Positions 29,712-45,390 of a DNA stretch of 64,000 nt are shown one piece after another; position 1 is the stretch's first letter, and each line of letters begins with the position of its first letter. A model generated the notes under the pieces. The model saw only the letters and a program-made list of their open reading frames with translations. It made no database searches and had not been told where the DNA came from. The DNA comes from Eledone cirrhosa (taxonomy: Eukaryota), in contig CAXHJY010001504.1 in assembly GCA_964016885.1 (NCBI GenBank), positions 248,001-312,000 on the forward strand. The letters are read 5' to 3'. A program made the position numbers and the translations under genes.

Positions 29712-29771
29712 TATTTCGTTATATATATTTCAAGCATACTAATTTATAGTATTCTTTCTTCAGACAAAATA
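29712..29771 (-). ncRNA. Minimal type I hammerhead ribozyme (diverged relative of 27232/47497)
   Basis: Minus strand TATTTTGT-CTGAAGA-AAGAATACTA-taaat-TAGTATGCTT-GAAA-TATATA-TA-ACGAAATA; compensatory G-C in stem I where relatives have A-T. Confidence 0.8.
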
Positions 29772-29898
29772 CAATATTAGATGTATAAAATTGTGACATA
29801 CCCATAAAATAGAACTTATGGGGTTAACCTATGAACATAGCTCTGTTGAATACTTATCAACAAACTCTATAACTCATTGATTATATATACACACACAC

Positions 29899-29936
<38 letters not shown>

Positions 29937-30209
29937 AAATGAGGGTTTTTTTTAAATGAAAAAAAAAAACGAGATGTCCTACACGAGTGAAAGTATAAGG
30001 CAAAGAGATGAAATCGAAAATACAACTGGAGTCTTTTTAAGAATATTTATTTGTTTCCTTTACCGGTTTCACAGTTCTTATGCTTTTCAAAAGTAGAATT
30101 GAGATGGAGGGTTTGTGATTTTTCTCGCAGACACACAAACACACACACATATATATATGGCTAATAAACGGAACAAAACAAATCACTGGAAGCAATATAC
30201 ACACACACA

Positions 30210-30243
<34 letters not shown>

Positions 30244-30618
30244 CATATATATAAAGAAATATTTTTTAAAGAGGACCGGTGGGCTGCCGTCTCAGGTAAA
30301 TTAGGTAGTCAATACATTAGTAGATAAGTCTGAATGGATGTCATTAAGAAAATAGTGTTTATACTTATGTTCATTATTCAAGTACCAGGATTAAAATATA
30401 AGTAAGGTATTTATTTTCTATAGAATTGACATCTGTGTAACTGGATATTTTTCATTCATTTACGGAAGACTTCAAACAATGAAAGAGCTGTAACCACGTA
30501 GACGTCATTTGTATATAACATACATGCCTACATATATACATAGATATATACATACATATATATATATACATGCGTAAAAACATACATAGATACATTCATG
30601 CATGCATATATACATATT

Positions 30619-30682
<64 letters not shown>

Positions 30683-30775
30683 TAAGTGTTTTGGATTTTT
30701 AGCATGTATGTATGTACATACATACATACGTGCATTAAAACATACATACACAAACACACAAACACACACACATAT

Positions 30776-30857
<82 letters not shown>

Positions 30858-30859
<2 letters not shown>

Positions 30860-30995
30860 GTACATATACGTCCATACACACATACATATACGCACACACA
30901 TACATATGTATATTTAATCGTAGAAGTATATACATACATAAATATATATTTATGTATATAAATATATACATAAATAAAATTCTAATTTTATATAT

Positions 30996-31059
<64 letters not shown>

Positions 31060-31357
31060 ACATATACGTCCATACACACATACATATACGCACACACATA
31101 CATATATATATTTAATCGTAGAAGTATATACATACATAAATAAATATTTATGCATATAAATATATACATAAATAAAATTCTAATTTTATATATAGGTGTA
31201 TATATATATATATATATATATGTACATATACGTCCATACACACATACATATACGCACACACATACATATATATATTTAATCGTAGAAGTATATACATACA
31301 TAAATATATATTTATGTATATACATATATACATAAATAAAATTCTAATTTTATATAT

Positions 31358-31362
<5 letters not shown>
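30858..31362. repeat. Three tandem copies of a roughly 165-200 bp microsatellite-derived unit
   Basis: Markers CGTCCATACAC, TTTAATCGTAGAAGTA and AAAATTCTAATTTT each recur three times in order. Confidence 0.85.
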
Positions 31363-31406
<44 letters not shown>

Positions 31407-31812
31407 GACATATCTGTTTGTATACTGCGAAAAGTGCGTGCTGTGAGTATTGTGATTTCTACATTCGTTGTCTGTGTGTTTATGAAACAATGTAGGACAC
31501 TACGGAAACGGTTGTGTGACGTGTGTTTAATACAATTGCTGCTAAACTTAATAAAATGCATTAATTAATTAGCTAATTAGCAATCAGCATTTCAATTCAA
31601 TGTTCAATCAATCTCAAACACACGATCAAATACATAAACATGCGCTCCCACACAAATAAAAAATCCACCGCACACACACACACACATACTCGCACATTGA
31701 TGTTCACAGATACCCATATAGAATTCACACGTAGATGTCAATTGTATGTGGGTAGTTGTATATGTATAGAGTAATACGTATCATATATATACATGTATAT
31801 ATGTGTGTGTGC

Positions 31813-31862
<50 letters not shown>

Positions 31863-32025
31863 ATATATATATGTGTGTGTGTATATATATATATGTGTGT
31901 GTGTATATATATATATATGTGTGAGTGTGTATGTGTGTATATATATATATGTATGTGTGTGTGTGTGTATATATATGTGTGTGTGTGTATGTGTATATAT
32001 ATATATGTGTATGTGTGTATGTGTG

Positions 32026-32056
<31 letters not shown>

Positions 32057-32578
32057 ATATATGTATGTGTGTGTGTGTATATATGTGTATATATATATGT
32101 ATATATATGTATTTATAGATGTATATATATGTATTTATAAATGTATATATATGTATATGCATGTATATTTATATATATATGTATGTATGTATATTTATAT
32201 ATATTTATTATGTATATATATAGACACACACACATATGTGTGTGTGTGTGTCTGTCCATGTACGTATGAAGGTATGAATATGTAGCAGTATGTATGTATG
32301 TCTGTATGTATGTATGTCAGTATGTATGTCAGTATGTATGTATGCATGTATGTATAAGGTATCATGTATAATTAAATGCATATAAGGCATGTATATAATA
32401 GATAAGTAACTGCACACAATAGATATTACATAATGAATACCGTGCAATGTACACTACATGGATAAACAAACACACGTATGTACATATATATATATCTTTT
32501 GTGTTCTAATTGATAGGAGCTACAGTCATATAATTATGTATGTGTGTATGTATGTATGTATGTATGTATGTATGTATG

Positions 32579-33720
32579 ATCTTCTGGTTTTATAATTTCA
32601 CACATTTTTTCCCAATATAGAGAGAGTCGGTTTCTAACATAGACACAAGACTCTCTCATTGGAATTTACACAACATCAGCTAGGTAGATTATGTATGCAT
32701 GCATGCATGTGTAGATCTGGATGTTATTGTATGTGTGGATGTGGATGTTTTGAGTTGTATGTCTGCATGTGTATATGCTTTGTATCTGTACATGTGTATA
32801 TGCAGTTATTAGATGCCACATTTTTGGAATGTTTTACATATTTTTACTGCTCCATTAATGGATTGTACTTGTAATTTCCTAACTAGTTGAGTTCTTTCTG
32901 TTCCTGTGAAGCCTAGCTTCTCAAGATTTGTATTGAGGCTGTTACTAACATACCCCAGTGCCCCAATAATTACAGGCATAAATCTGAAGGTATAATCAGG
33001 GTGGAGTATCTGCAGGTTTCTCATCAGTTCTGCATAAATATTCTCCTTTTCGCTAATCTTTGATATTATATTGACATCTGCTGGGCAGCTAATTTCCACT
33101 ATTGTGCATGATTTCTTCTCCCTATCCCATATCATAATATTTGGTCTGTTATCTGCATGGGGGGGGGGGGACTGGAACATTCCACCAGTACTCTTTCATA
33201 TTATGTACGTGGATGTCTTCCACATTGCTGTAGCTTTTAATGTGTTTATTATCGGGGCTATCTTTTTTACGAACTGCATCGTACAGTGTTTTGGCCACTA
33301 CATCATGCCTCATAGGTAGATAGTACCGCGATGACATCTTTGGACAGCTGCTGATGACATGGGTGATATCCTCGATGTTAGTTCTGCAGAGTCTGCACTT
33401 GTTATCACATCTAGGTGTTTTGCCTGCATCCCTATCTCTTTTGTGAATCAGGTATCTCGTGTTAATCTCCTGTTCTTGGATTACAACAGCGTATCCTTCA
33501 AAGTGGGAGCCAATATAGCGGTTGTTGGTCCAAGATAGACTACTTTCCTTATCTATATTACTCTCACTCTGGAGCTTCCTGGCAATATATCCATGCATGA
33601 TTTTTTTGCTGATAAGCATGCAGTTTTTCATCCATGGATTCACTGCGATACTGCTGAGCGACATCCCTGGGTGTGAGTTATTGATTATCACACAGGGAAT
33701 ATCTCTCGAGGAGTTCCTTC
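32579..33720 (-). mobile_element. 5'-truncated RLE-type non-LTR retrotransposon (R4/Dong-like), zinc knuckle plus restriction-like endonuclease, frameshifted
   Basis: ORFs 33149-33691 and 32809-33180: CRLCRTNIEDITHVISSC (CCHC), RHD motif, NRPNIMIWD..IVEISCP..KENIY (PD-D/ExK-like RLE region). Frameshift at the G-run near 33158-33170; about 230 nt 3' UTR; flanked by (TACA)n on both sides. Confidence 0.85.
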
Positions 33721-33980
33721 ATGTATGTATGTATGTATGTATGTATGTATGTATGTATGTATGTATGTATGTATGTATGTAGGTAGGTAGGTAGGTAGGT
33801 AGGTAGGTAGGTAGGTAGGTAGGTAAGGTATGTATGTATATATTTATATGTGTGTATGTTTGTATGTATGATTGTATGTATTTATATATATATATGTGTG
33901 TGTGTGTATGTATCTGTGTGTATCTGTGTAAATATATGTATATGAGATCAACTGTATTAGAGGCAGTTTACGTTGTAGTG

Positions 33981-34036
<56 letters not shown>

Positions 34037-34101
34037 GCATATAATTATACATATATCCTTCTACTTCCTCTAAAGCAACTTTGTGGTTTTGCATTTATAT
34101 A

Positions 34102-34189
<88 letters not shown>

Positions 34190-34240
34190 CATATATTTCC
34201 TGAATCATATATATATATATATATATATATATGTTTCTTG

Positions 34241-34311
<71 letters not shown>

Positions 34312-34849
34312 CATATATTTCCTGAATCATATGTATATATATATATGTTTCTTGAACTATATATATATATTCCTTGAACTATATATATATATATATATAT
34401 ATTCCTTGAACTATATATATATATATATATATATATTAAGGATTAGCTTGCCTCTTACGAGGTTCCGTCTCCATGGAAGTTTCTAGTGTGTCTTAATGAA
34501 AGGAGCCAGAGTCTTCTCAGGAAAGGCTACGCCAAAACTCAACGTCTTGCTTGTGAGAACAATACACAAATGGTTCCAGGATTCGAACACACCTCCTATA
34601 ATCGTGAGACCAACACACTATTTCCTAGGTCGCGCCTCTACGCAAGGACAGAAGGGCAAGAAATTATCCTCAAATCACTGAGGGAATAATACTATTAAAT
34701 TCAACTACCCAGCGATTAAGTCTAACACTCGAGAACTGGAAACACAAATTGCCGAAAGAAATATCGTCCTCAAAGCATCTCATTTGACGCTCCAACCATT
34801 CCAATGAATCCTTTGCTCAGAACTGGTCCCGTATTTTATCGAACGATAG

Positions 34850-35276
34850 AACAATGGTTGCTGCTTTAGGCAAACGTCCTGTAATTTTGGGTGAGGAGAA
34901 TGTTGTTTAAATCGACTTCAGTACACTTAAATTGTTTCATTTTATCGACCCCGACACGATGAAAAGCGAATTTGAAACCGGTGGATTTGAACCCAGAAAA
35001 TAAAGATCCGGAATAATAAATATAATAAGGGTTTCTGATTTAGACACAGGGCTAACAATTTTTTGGGGGGGAAGAGGAAATTATATTAAATCGACCCCAG
35101 TGCGTTGGTGGATCTTTGATAATAATAGTTTCATTTATTGGCCAAAAGAACCTGGAACTTTCATGATAATAATTGTTTCTACTTTTGACTCAAGGCCAGC
35201 AATTACCCAGTAGATTACTGGTACTTTATTTTATCGACCCCGTAAGGATGAAAGGCAAAGTTAACCTCGGCGGAAT
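34850..35276 (-). mobile_element. Cluster of Nin-domain SINE fragments
   Basis: TTTTATCGACCCC..GATGAAA cores near 34940 and 35230 and tail pieces. Confidence 0.7.
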
Positions 35277-35479
35277 ATTGTCATATATAATACTACGTCT
35301 CTAGACCTATGAATATCTTATTTATAAACTATATTATTAGCAGTGGGTACAGGATGGTTATCAACAATTTTATTTCTCTCTTCTTGAATAATAATAATGC
35401 TCTCCTTCATTAGCAAATGTAAAGAGGGAGATATATACAAAGGAGGAGCTAAATGGTACCAGCAGTGATAGTTAATACC

Positions 35480-35532
<53 letters not shown>

Positions 35533-35599
35533 GTAAATATGTAAATAATATATGAATATATGTAAATAAAATGTATATATATATATGCATATATAGATG

Positions 35600-35695
<96 letters not shown>

Positions 35696-35716
35696 CATGT
35701 ATATATATATATATAT

Positions 35717-35813
<97 letters not shown>

Positions 35814-35890
35814 TATATACATGTATGTATATATATATAAATTAATTTTTTATATATACAAATATGCATATATATATGCATGTATGTACG

Positions 35891-35927
<37 letters not shown>

Positions 35928-35945
35928 TTATATATGCATATATAA

Positions 35946-35987
<42 letters not shown>

Positions 35988-36256
35988 TTAAGTAAACAGT
36001 TATTTATATATATATGTATGTATATATATAATGTATATATCCAAAGTAACTCTATCTCGTGTTATTATTTTTACACACTTTCCTACGTTCCTCCACACAC
36101 TATACGTCTCATTTTACATTTCTCTTACATCTCTCTCTTCACCACTTGATTCTGTTACCAGGAGATTTACCCATCTGCATTGTTGAGACTTCCAAAACGA
36201 ACAATTTTTTTATTATTATTCCACAATGCTTCAAGCAAACTTCAACACTCTCGTAT

Positions 36257-36343
<87 letters not shown>

Positions 36344-36552
36344 TGTATGTATGTGAATATATATATGTGTGTGTGTGTCTGTGTTTATCTGTACACACTC
36401 ACACACACGCGCACACATATATATTTATAGATATAGAGAAAAAAAAACTATATATACATACTCTCTCACCAACCCATACATACATACACACACACATACA
36501 TACATACATACATACATACATACATACATACATACATACATACATACATACA

Positions 36553-36982
36553 TTACTCCACCGTGATTACACCTTCAGATTTATGCCTGTGATTATTGGG
36601 GCACTGGGATATGTTAGTAACTGCCTCAATACAAATCTTGAGAAGCTGGGCTTCACAGGAACAGAAAGAACACAACTAGTTAGGAAATTACAAGTACAAT
36701 CCATTAATGGAGCAGTAAAAGTATGTAAAACATTCCAAAAATGTGGCATCTAATAACTACATATACACATGTACAGATACAAATCATATACACAAGCACG
36801 CATAAAATTCAAAACATACACATCCACTCATACAATAACATCCATATCTACACATGCATGCATGCATACATAATCTACCTAGTTGATGTTGTGTAAATTC
36901 CAAAGAGAGAGTCTTGTGTCTATGTTAGAAACCGACTCTCTCTCTATTGGTAAAAATGTGTGAAATTATAAAACCAGAAGAA
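36553..36982 (+). mobile_element. Second, shorter 3' copy of the same RLE LINE
   Basis: DYTFRFMPVIIGALGYVSNCLNTNLEKLGFTGTERTQLVRKLQVQSINGAVKVCKTFQKCGI* plus the same 3' UTR; (TACA)n on both sides. Confidence 0.85.
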
Positions 36983-37276
36983 CATACATACATACATACA
37001 TACATACATACATACATACATACATACATACATACATACATACATACATACATAGACAGACAGAATTGGTTAGGCAGGAGAAGGTGAGATGCAAGTTAAA
37101 GTTAGGGGTGTGTTTGTAGTAAACACATATCCAGCCTCACTGTGAGAAATAGACTTGGTTAATACACATGTTTAACTCAGTGTGACCTAAAAACACCCAC
37201 AAACCCGTAAACTTACCTTCTACACACACTTATATCGTGATTTTATATTATTATATATATTTTATATATATACATT

Positions 37277-37381
<105 letters not shown>

Positions 37382-37537
37382 AGTATGCATATATATATAT
37401 ATATATATATATATACTTAATACATTAACAGAGAAAGCTATTAGCAATACTCCGACCAACTATATATATATAAGTATATATAAATACATATATATATGTG
37501 TGTGTATGTGTGTATATATATATATACATATGTGTAG

Positions 37538-37590
<53 letters not shown>

Positions 37591-37597
37591 TACACAC

Positions 37598-37629
<32 letters not shown>

Positions 37630-38029
37630 GTTCATACATGTGAGTGTGTGTGTGAATATTTCTAAATCTGTGTTAGGAATGATAGAAAATGTTTAGAAGC
37701 AAAAATCAGAGGATCATCTGGATGTGACGTGGGTTGATCATCATTATCATCATTATCATCATCGTCATCGACATTATCATCATCATCATTGTCGTCACCA
37801 TCGTCACCAGCAGCAGCGGCAGCAGCATTAGTATTCTTTTTATTATTACGTTGGTATGGACTTGTGTCAATGTCGTAAAGAATACCTATTATTTTGGTAT
37901 CTTATTTATATTTATTATTTATAACTATTATTATATCACACACACATACATGCACTGGCACACGTACACGGACTCCCACACACACACACATACACACATA
38001 CACACATATACACATATATATATACACGT

Positions 38030-38085
<56 letters not shown>

Positions 38086-38113
38086 CTATATATTCATATA
38101 TATATATACACGT

Positions 38114-38148
<35 letters not shown>

Positions 38149-38207
38149 CACACACACCTATATATTCATATATATATATACACGGACATACACACACACA
38201 CGGACAT

Positions 38208-38238
<31 letters not shown>

Positions 38239-38403
38239 CAGATACGTACACACACACACATATATATATATATGTATATATATATGTATACACGGACATA
38301 CACACACACATATATATATATATATACACACACGTACACACACATATATATATATACACACACTCACACACCTATATATACAGAAATATATATATATATA
38401 TGT

Positions 38404-38489
<86 letters not shown>

Positions 38490-38571
38490 TGCTGGTGTGT
38501 TCAAGTTGTCTGTGTGAAACTTCCTCTCACTCTCTCTCTCTCACACACACACACACACAGATACACACACA

Positions 38572-38667
<96 letters not shown>

Positions 38668-38989
38668 TTCTTTCCTTTTTTATCTTCTTCCTTTCTTACT
38701 CCTTGTTACCTGCAAACACCTCCGCCTTAAAAACAACCCAGCCCCCTCTATACACAGCCTCCTATACACATCCCCCTATACACAGCCCCCTATACAAACA
38801 TAGCTTTAACAGAAATAAAAAATATATACTGTATTTCCACAGCATGTCTCCCCACCTTTACACGACATCACATTCTTTTATTTCACTCCATATCTAATAA
38901 ATTTTTTTTTTCTTTTCTGTATGAATTTAGATATCCCATCGCTAAAAAAACAGGAGACATGGAGGGGGGTCATTGTATATGTATGTCTG

Positions 38990-39020
<31 letters not shown>

Positions 39021-39140
39021 ATATATATACATATATATATATAATATAGATATGTATATATATATATGAATGTATATATATATATATATATAATATAGAT
39101 ATGTATATATATATATATGTATATATATATAATATAGATA

Positions 39141-39172
<32 letters not shown>

Positions 39173-39195
39173 CATATAATGTAGATATGTATATA

Positions 39196-39234
<39 letters not shown>

Positions 39235-39264
39235 ATATATACATATATATATAATATAGATATG

Positions 39265-39296
<32 letters not shown>

Positions 39297-39402
39297 ATAT
39301 AGATATGTATATATATATATACATATATATATATATAATGTAGATATGTATATATATATATATATATATGTATAAATATGTACATATGTATATGTAAATA
39401 TA

Positions 39403-39459
<57 letters not shown>

Positions 39460-39484
39460 ATATTATGGATGTATTTATATATGT

Positions 39485-39539
<55 letters not shown>

Positions 39540-39615
39540 CGCGTATATACACTCACACACACACACGCGCTTTCGCACACACATACTCACATATTTATTC
39601 ACATATATATTGAGT

Positions 39616-39649
<34 letters not shown>

Positions 39650-39937
39650 GAGAGATTTCTTCGGTTCAGATCACATTTATATACAATAGTCGGGCTGTAA
39701 GTTGAGGAAGATTCGGCGACTATTTCTGGATGCGCAGGAGGTCTCCCCATTATTTATAGCATTAGTTGTTGTTGTAGTTGTAGTTGTTGTTAGAATTGAC
39801 TCTATTGTGATAGTGTGGCAACCAGTACTGCTGATTAACTCATTAATTAAACTACAACCATGTTAATTACGAGTGTCGAGGAAGGAGTGTGACATAACTG
39901 TCGCTGCTTATCTCTCTCTACACACACGCATATATAC

Positions 39938-39978
<41 letters not shown>

Positions 39979-39984
<6 letters not shown>

Positions 39985-40365
39985 TAAGAGGAATTCCAAC
40001 TTTGTCTGATTTACTCGTTTTATTTACAATCCTTTAAAATATATATAATATGGTATTATAATGAAATAGTATGATAGAATATTAAATTCTAAGTGTTAAT
40101 TGAACAAGTACTTCATGCTTCGCAATCTCAGGTTCATGATAGGTGGTGACAGTCGAGTTTGCAATTTTAAACTGACTTGAAAATTGCAAACTCGACTGTC
40201 ACCACATATCATGAACCTGAGATTGCGAAAGCATGAAAGTACTTGTTCATTAACACTTAGAATTTAATATTCTATCATACTATTTCATTATAATACCATA
40301 TTATATATATTTTAAAGGATTGTAAATAAAACGAGACAAAGTTGGAATTCCTCTTATTAATATAA
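39979..40365. repeat. Long fold-back with about 190-bp arms next to (TA)n
   Basis: TATTAATAAGAGGAATTCCAAC..GTTTGCAATTTT / AAAATTGCAAAC..GTTGGAATTCCTCTTATTAATA. Confidence 0.85.
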
Positions 40366-40422
40366 TCTTCTATACACAATCATACACACCCGTGTATATT
40401 TACCTATCTATATCTATCTATC

Positions 40423-40456
<34 letters not shown>

Positions 40457-40457
<1 letters not shown>

Positions 40458-40840
40458 GTATAAAAGAGAAAACACAGGTAAGCATTAAGAGAAGGATTTA
40501 TCCAGGTATTTACGACCGTTTCATTGGTAAGTGCAACCTTATATTGCTATACATTTTGAAAAATTGGACTGTGAACAACAATTATAATTGACTGGCTGCT
40601 ATTTGCAGTATAGCAATATAATGTTGCACTTACCAATGAAAACGGTCGTAAATACCTGGATAAAATCATTCTCTTAATGCTTACCTGTGTTTTCTCTTTT
40701 ATACTTTATACTCCAAGATTGAACGGAATTCTTACAAACTTGTGGAGTTACCCCTAACCGTACGTTGAAACCATCCATGAAACTGGCTTTCTTAACCAAG
40801 AACTGGATCACAATAAGCAATTTTTTGCTTCTCTAACTAT
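40457..40840 (+). mobile_element. Fold-back element with ribozyme 3' half (GAAACGGTCGTA) and tail
   Basis: Arms about 40457-40552/40607-40705; tail stem ACTCCA (40710)/TGGAGT (40743). Confidence 0.65.
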
Positions 40841-40892
40841 ATATATATATATATATGTATATATATGTATATATATATACATATATACATAC

Positions 40893-40924
<32 letters not shown>

Positions 40925-40949
40925 GTATGTATATATATATGTATGTATA

Positions 40950-40994
<45 letters not shown>

Positions 40995-41053
40995 ATATAT
41001 GTGTATATATATATATGTATGTATATATATGTATATATATATATATATATATG

Positions 41054-41096
<43 letters not shown>

Positions 41097-41265
41097 ATAT
41101 ATGTATATATATATATATATTTATCTATATATATGTATGTATATATATATACATATATACATATATATATGTATATATATATACATATATACATATACAT
41201 ATATATATATATACATATGATATATGTATATATATATACATATATACATATATATACATATATAT

Positions 41266-41296
<31 letters not shown>

Positions 41297-41951
41297 TACA
41301 TATGATATATGTATACATATATATATATATATACATATGATATATGTATATATATATATATACATATGATATATGTAGATAAATATGCATATCTCTACCT
41401 GTATATGTGTGTGTGTGTGTAGGTGTAACAGGCTGCTACATATTTTCCGTGTGCTAAATTTCCCTTGATCCTGCTGTAAATTACAATAGCCAGGGAATAT
41501 TGTAGGACAAAGTCCACACGGAGCACAGTGACTCCTGTGAGGTGCGCTAAGAATATTTGCTGGATATATAATTGAGGAATGTCCTTAAACAATATATATT
41601 TCAGAAAGGCAAAGAGGATAACCGCTAACCCCTGTTGGGAACTACTCCGCCCTGCTCCCAAAAAGCAACCTCCTTTCCCGGTAGTTTTAGATTTAAAAAA
41701 AATGGGTTGAACTTGGGCTGGTGAAGCTGAGAGGTAGGTTGGTTGTAAGCTAGATCAACTCTGTCTGGTTCATTTTAATAAGGGGGCATTATATTGAAAA
41801 CACTACACACTTAGTAACTCCAATATACATTCATGTATATGTACACACACAGACACACAGACACACATACACACATAAACACACACACACTCACATACAT
41901 AAACACGCATACACACTCACACATACACGCACACATGCACATACACACATA

Positions 41952-42050
41952 CAGAGTGTTCCAAAAATTGCATACACACTTTGATTACCTGTACAAGCAA
42001 TATTTATTAGTGTGGTTGAAGTGTGTATATATTTTTGGGGGAATACCGTG
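41952..42050. mobile_element. Tc1/mariner-type MITE
   Basis: TA-flanked imperfect TIRs CAGAGTGTTCCAAAAATTGCATACACACTT / AAGTGTGTATATATTTTTGGGGGAATACCGTG. Confidence 0.5.
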
Positions 42051-42255
42051 TATATATATATATATATATATATAGTTAAATATTAGACAGGCACAAAAAA
42101 CAGAGAGGCAGTACAAATGGTAGTTTATTAGGTTCACGCTTTTGAGAGTGGTGAGGGAGGCATATATATATATATATAATATATATATATATATAACGCA
42201 TATATATATATAATATATATATAGAAGTGGTTACACAACAGTTAGCTCGTAATTA

Positions 42256-42294
42256 CGAGCTGAGGATCCGCTAAGGTGAAACAATTGTTCCCGG
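42256..42294 (+). ncRNA. Hammerhead ribozyme, same family as 16570
   Basis: CGAG-CTGAGGA-TCCGCTAAGGT-GAAA-CAATTG-TT-CCCGG. Confidence 0.7.
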
Positions 42295-42576
42295 TATGGT
42301 GAACTAACTGTTGTGTAACCACTTCTACCTAACGCGTCCCATAAACTGAGTGCTCTACCACTACGGATATTACCTTCCAGTGTTCTACCACTATATATAT
42401 ATATTATATATATATATATATTATATATATATATATATATGTATATTATATATTACATATATATATTATATATATATAATATATATATATGATATATATA
42501 TATCGTCGAGTATGAAATTTGTAGAAAAAGCAATGTTTGTTAATACCTCCCTACAAATTTCGTATTTGACGACCCA

Positions 42577-42633
<57 letters not shown>

Positions 42634-43051
42634 TATATATATAAAAGAGAATATTATATGAATCTGACCGCGTCGCCAGCTGGTTTTAGGCTTGTGTGTT
42701 CAGTAGACGTTTTTTCTAGGGTAGACCCTTGAAAGGGCTGCTGAACGCATGAACGGAAACAGCTCTGTCATCGAAGTCGGGTTGCTAAATCTTTCTATAC
42801 CCTCACTGTAGTTCTCCATGCATTGAGTACTTCAATGATTAGTGGCCTGCCGGATTCACCATCTCCGACTCTCTCTCCTTCTCAAAATGTATATATATAT
42901 ATATATAAGTATGACCCCGACGGCAGAGCTCAAGCCGTTTCGACGGCTATTTCTGGACTCTACTACCCTAAGTATTAAGTATTCTACTACCCTAAGTATT
43001 GAGTACACTGGTGCGTTATGGTCCATCTGATTCCTTACCACAATTCCTTTG

Positions 43052-43103
<52 letters not shown>

Positions 43104-43281
43104 ATAATAATAAATTTGAAGACTAAAATCCCCAAAAAATGAAACGAAATTTCATTTCTCACTCTTACCGAGCATTATAATAAATGTTCGGTGAATCCAT
43201 GCGTACATATATATATGTGTGCATGTATATACATACTACTGTACGTCTGTATACATATATATATGTATGTACGTATACATA

Positions 43282-43324
<43 letters not shown>

Positions 43325-43399
43325 CATTGTCCAATTGTGCGTATGTATGTGTAAATATATGTACTTACATTATATATAAATATAAATGTAGTATATATT

Positions 43400-43442
<43 letters not shown>

Positions 43443-44227
43443 AAATATATATGTATATATATAAATTACAAACATGCAAATACATACAAACATATATATA
43501 CACATACTCACATACACACACATATATATAATAAGAGATTAGCACGTTCATTATACAATTTAGTGACACATTGTAGATATGATTGCAAGATACGTAAGCC
43601 CTACGGTCAAGCTTAAACCTTTTAAATTCTTGCTATCGAAACGATTTAAGCTTGACTGTAGGTCCTAGTTGTTCATAACCTTTCTTTCTCTCATCCACAC
43701 CAACACACATACACACATATAAACTTAAGCCCACACACACACACCACCACCATATACATATATATATATATATATATATATGTATAATATATATATTACA
43801 TATATATATATAATTTATATATATATAATATAAATATAATATATATGTTGATAATATATATTTATCATATATATCTATACAATATATATATATAATATAT
43901 ATTTGTATATAATATATATATATATATAATATATATATAATATAGATATAATATATATATAATATATATATATATAATCTATTTTTAGAACTGTTGAGTT
44001 GGTTAAGAATTATGAAATTTCACGAGCTTCGAGATGCCACGTTTAACAGACGTTTTTAAGTATGAAAAATTATCTAACTAGTTGAACATATAAGTACTAG
44101 GAGACATAAAAAAATTGTACACCGCCGGTGACGTTAGGACGCCTGATAGAATCGTATGAGGAATTCACCCCAACTCTCTGCGCTCTGAGTTCAAATCCCA
44201 CCGTTGTCATTTTTGCATATATATGTG

Positions 44228-44331
<104 letters not shown>

Positions 44332-44713
44332 CATATATTTATATATATATATATAGATATACATATATTTATATATATATAGATATACATATATTTATAT
44401 ATATATATATATATAGATATAGATATATTTATATATATATATATATATAGATATATAGATATACATATATTTAAATATACATATATTAATATATCTATAT
44501 ATTTATATATACATATATAAATATATATATAGATATATATATATTTATATATACATATATAAATATATATATAGATATATAGATATTTATATATACATAT
44601 ATAAATATATATATATATATATAGATATACATATATTTATATATAAATATATATATATAGAGAGATATACATATATTTATACATACAAATACATATATAT
44701 GTATATAAATATG

Positions 44714-44749
<36 letters not shown>

Positions 44750-44756
44750 TATATAA

Positions 44757-44957
44757 ATAAACAAACAAGAGCTATAAGTCTACATTTCATAATTTACTTC
44801 TTCATATGAAAGAAATAAAATAAGTAAATTATGAAATGTAGACGTATGCCTTCTGTTTATAAATTTACTCCGGAGTTAATAGACCCGTTTGTGGACTTCC
44901 TTGAGTGCTCTACCCTTCTTAGTGAAGTGTTGGTATCAAACTAACACATAATCTGAT

Positions 44958-44994
<37 letters not shown>

Positions 44995-45196
44995 ATTGAA
45001 TATAAAAGAGAGATAAACACTGATATATATATATGTGTTCAAATCGTAAGAGACACTAGTTGAACACATATATGTATATATCTGTGTTTATCTCTCTTTG
45101 ATATTCAGTTATACTATACGGCCCGAAAAATATCTCTTTCCTTGAGCTATTTAATTTTAAGAGACTATTTTGAGTTTCTAATTCAATACATAACTT

Positions 45197-45238
<42 letters not shown>

Positions 45239-45390
45239 GAAGAGAATGACTTCGCTTGTAGTTCTAAACAATTTGATTTAATTTTCTATTATGAATTGGC
45301 AGATCTGGACACTAGATCCACCAACTCATGATATTATAAAATTAAATCAAATTGTTTAGAACTACAAGTGAAGTCATTCTTTTCCTTTTT
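44757..45390. repeat. Three adjacent fold-back islands separated by (TA)n
   Basis: Inverted arms at about 44757-44860 (tail ACTC..GAGTGCT to 44960), 45003-45100 (tail to 45200, shared with 26565-26620) and 45235-45390. Confidence 0.7.

Noticed and set aside
30858-31362. CRISPR-like or retrozyme tandem array
   Set aside because: Eukaryotic microsatellite-derived tandem triplication with no unique spacers or ribozyme core.
35318-35478. Possible exon 2 ([20 protein letters not shown]..) in phase with the 57570 donor
   Set aside because: No polypyrimidine tract, no homeodomain, ends in a stop; probably chance.
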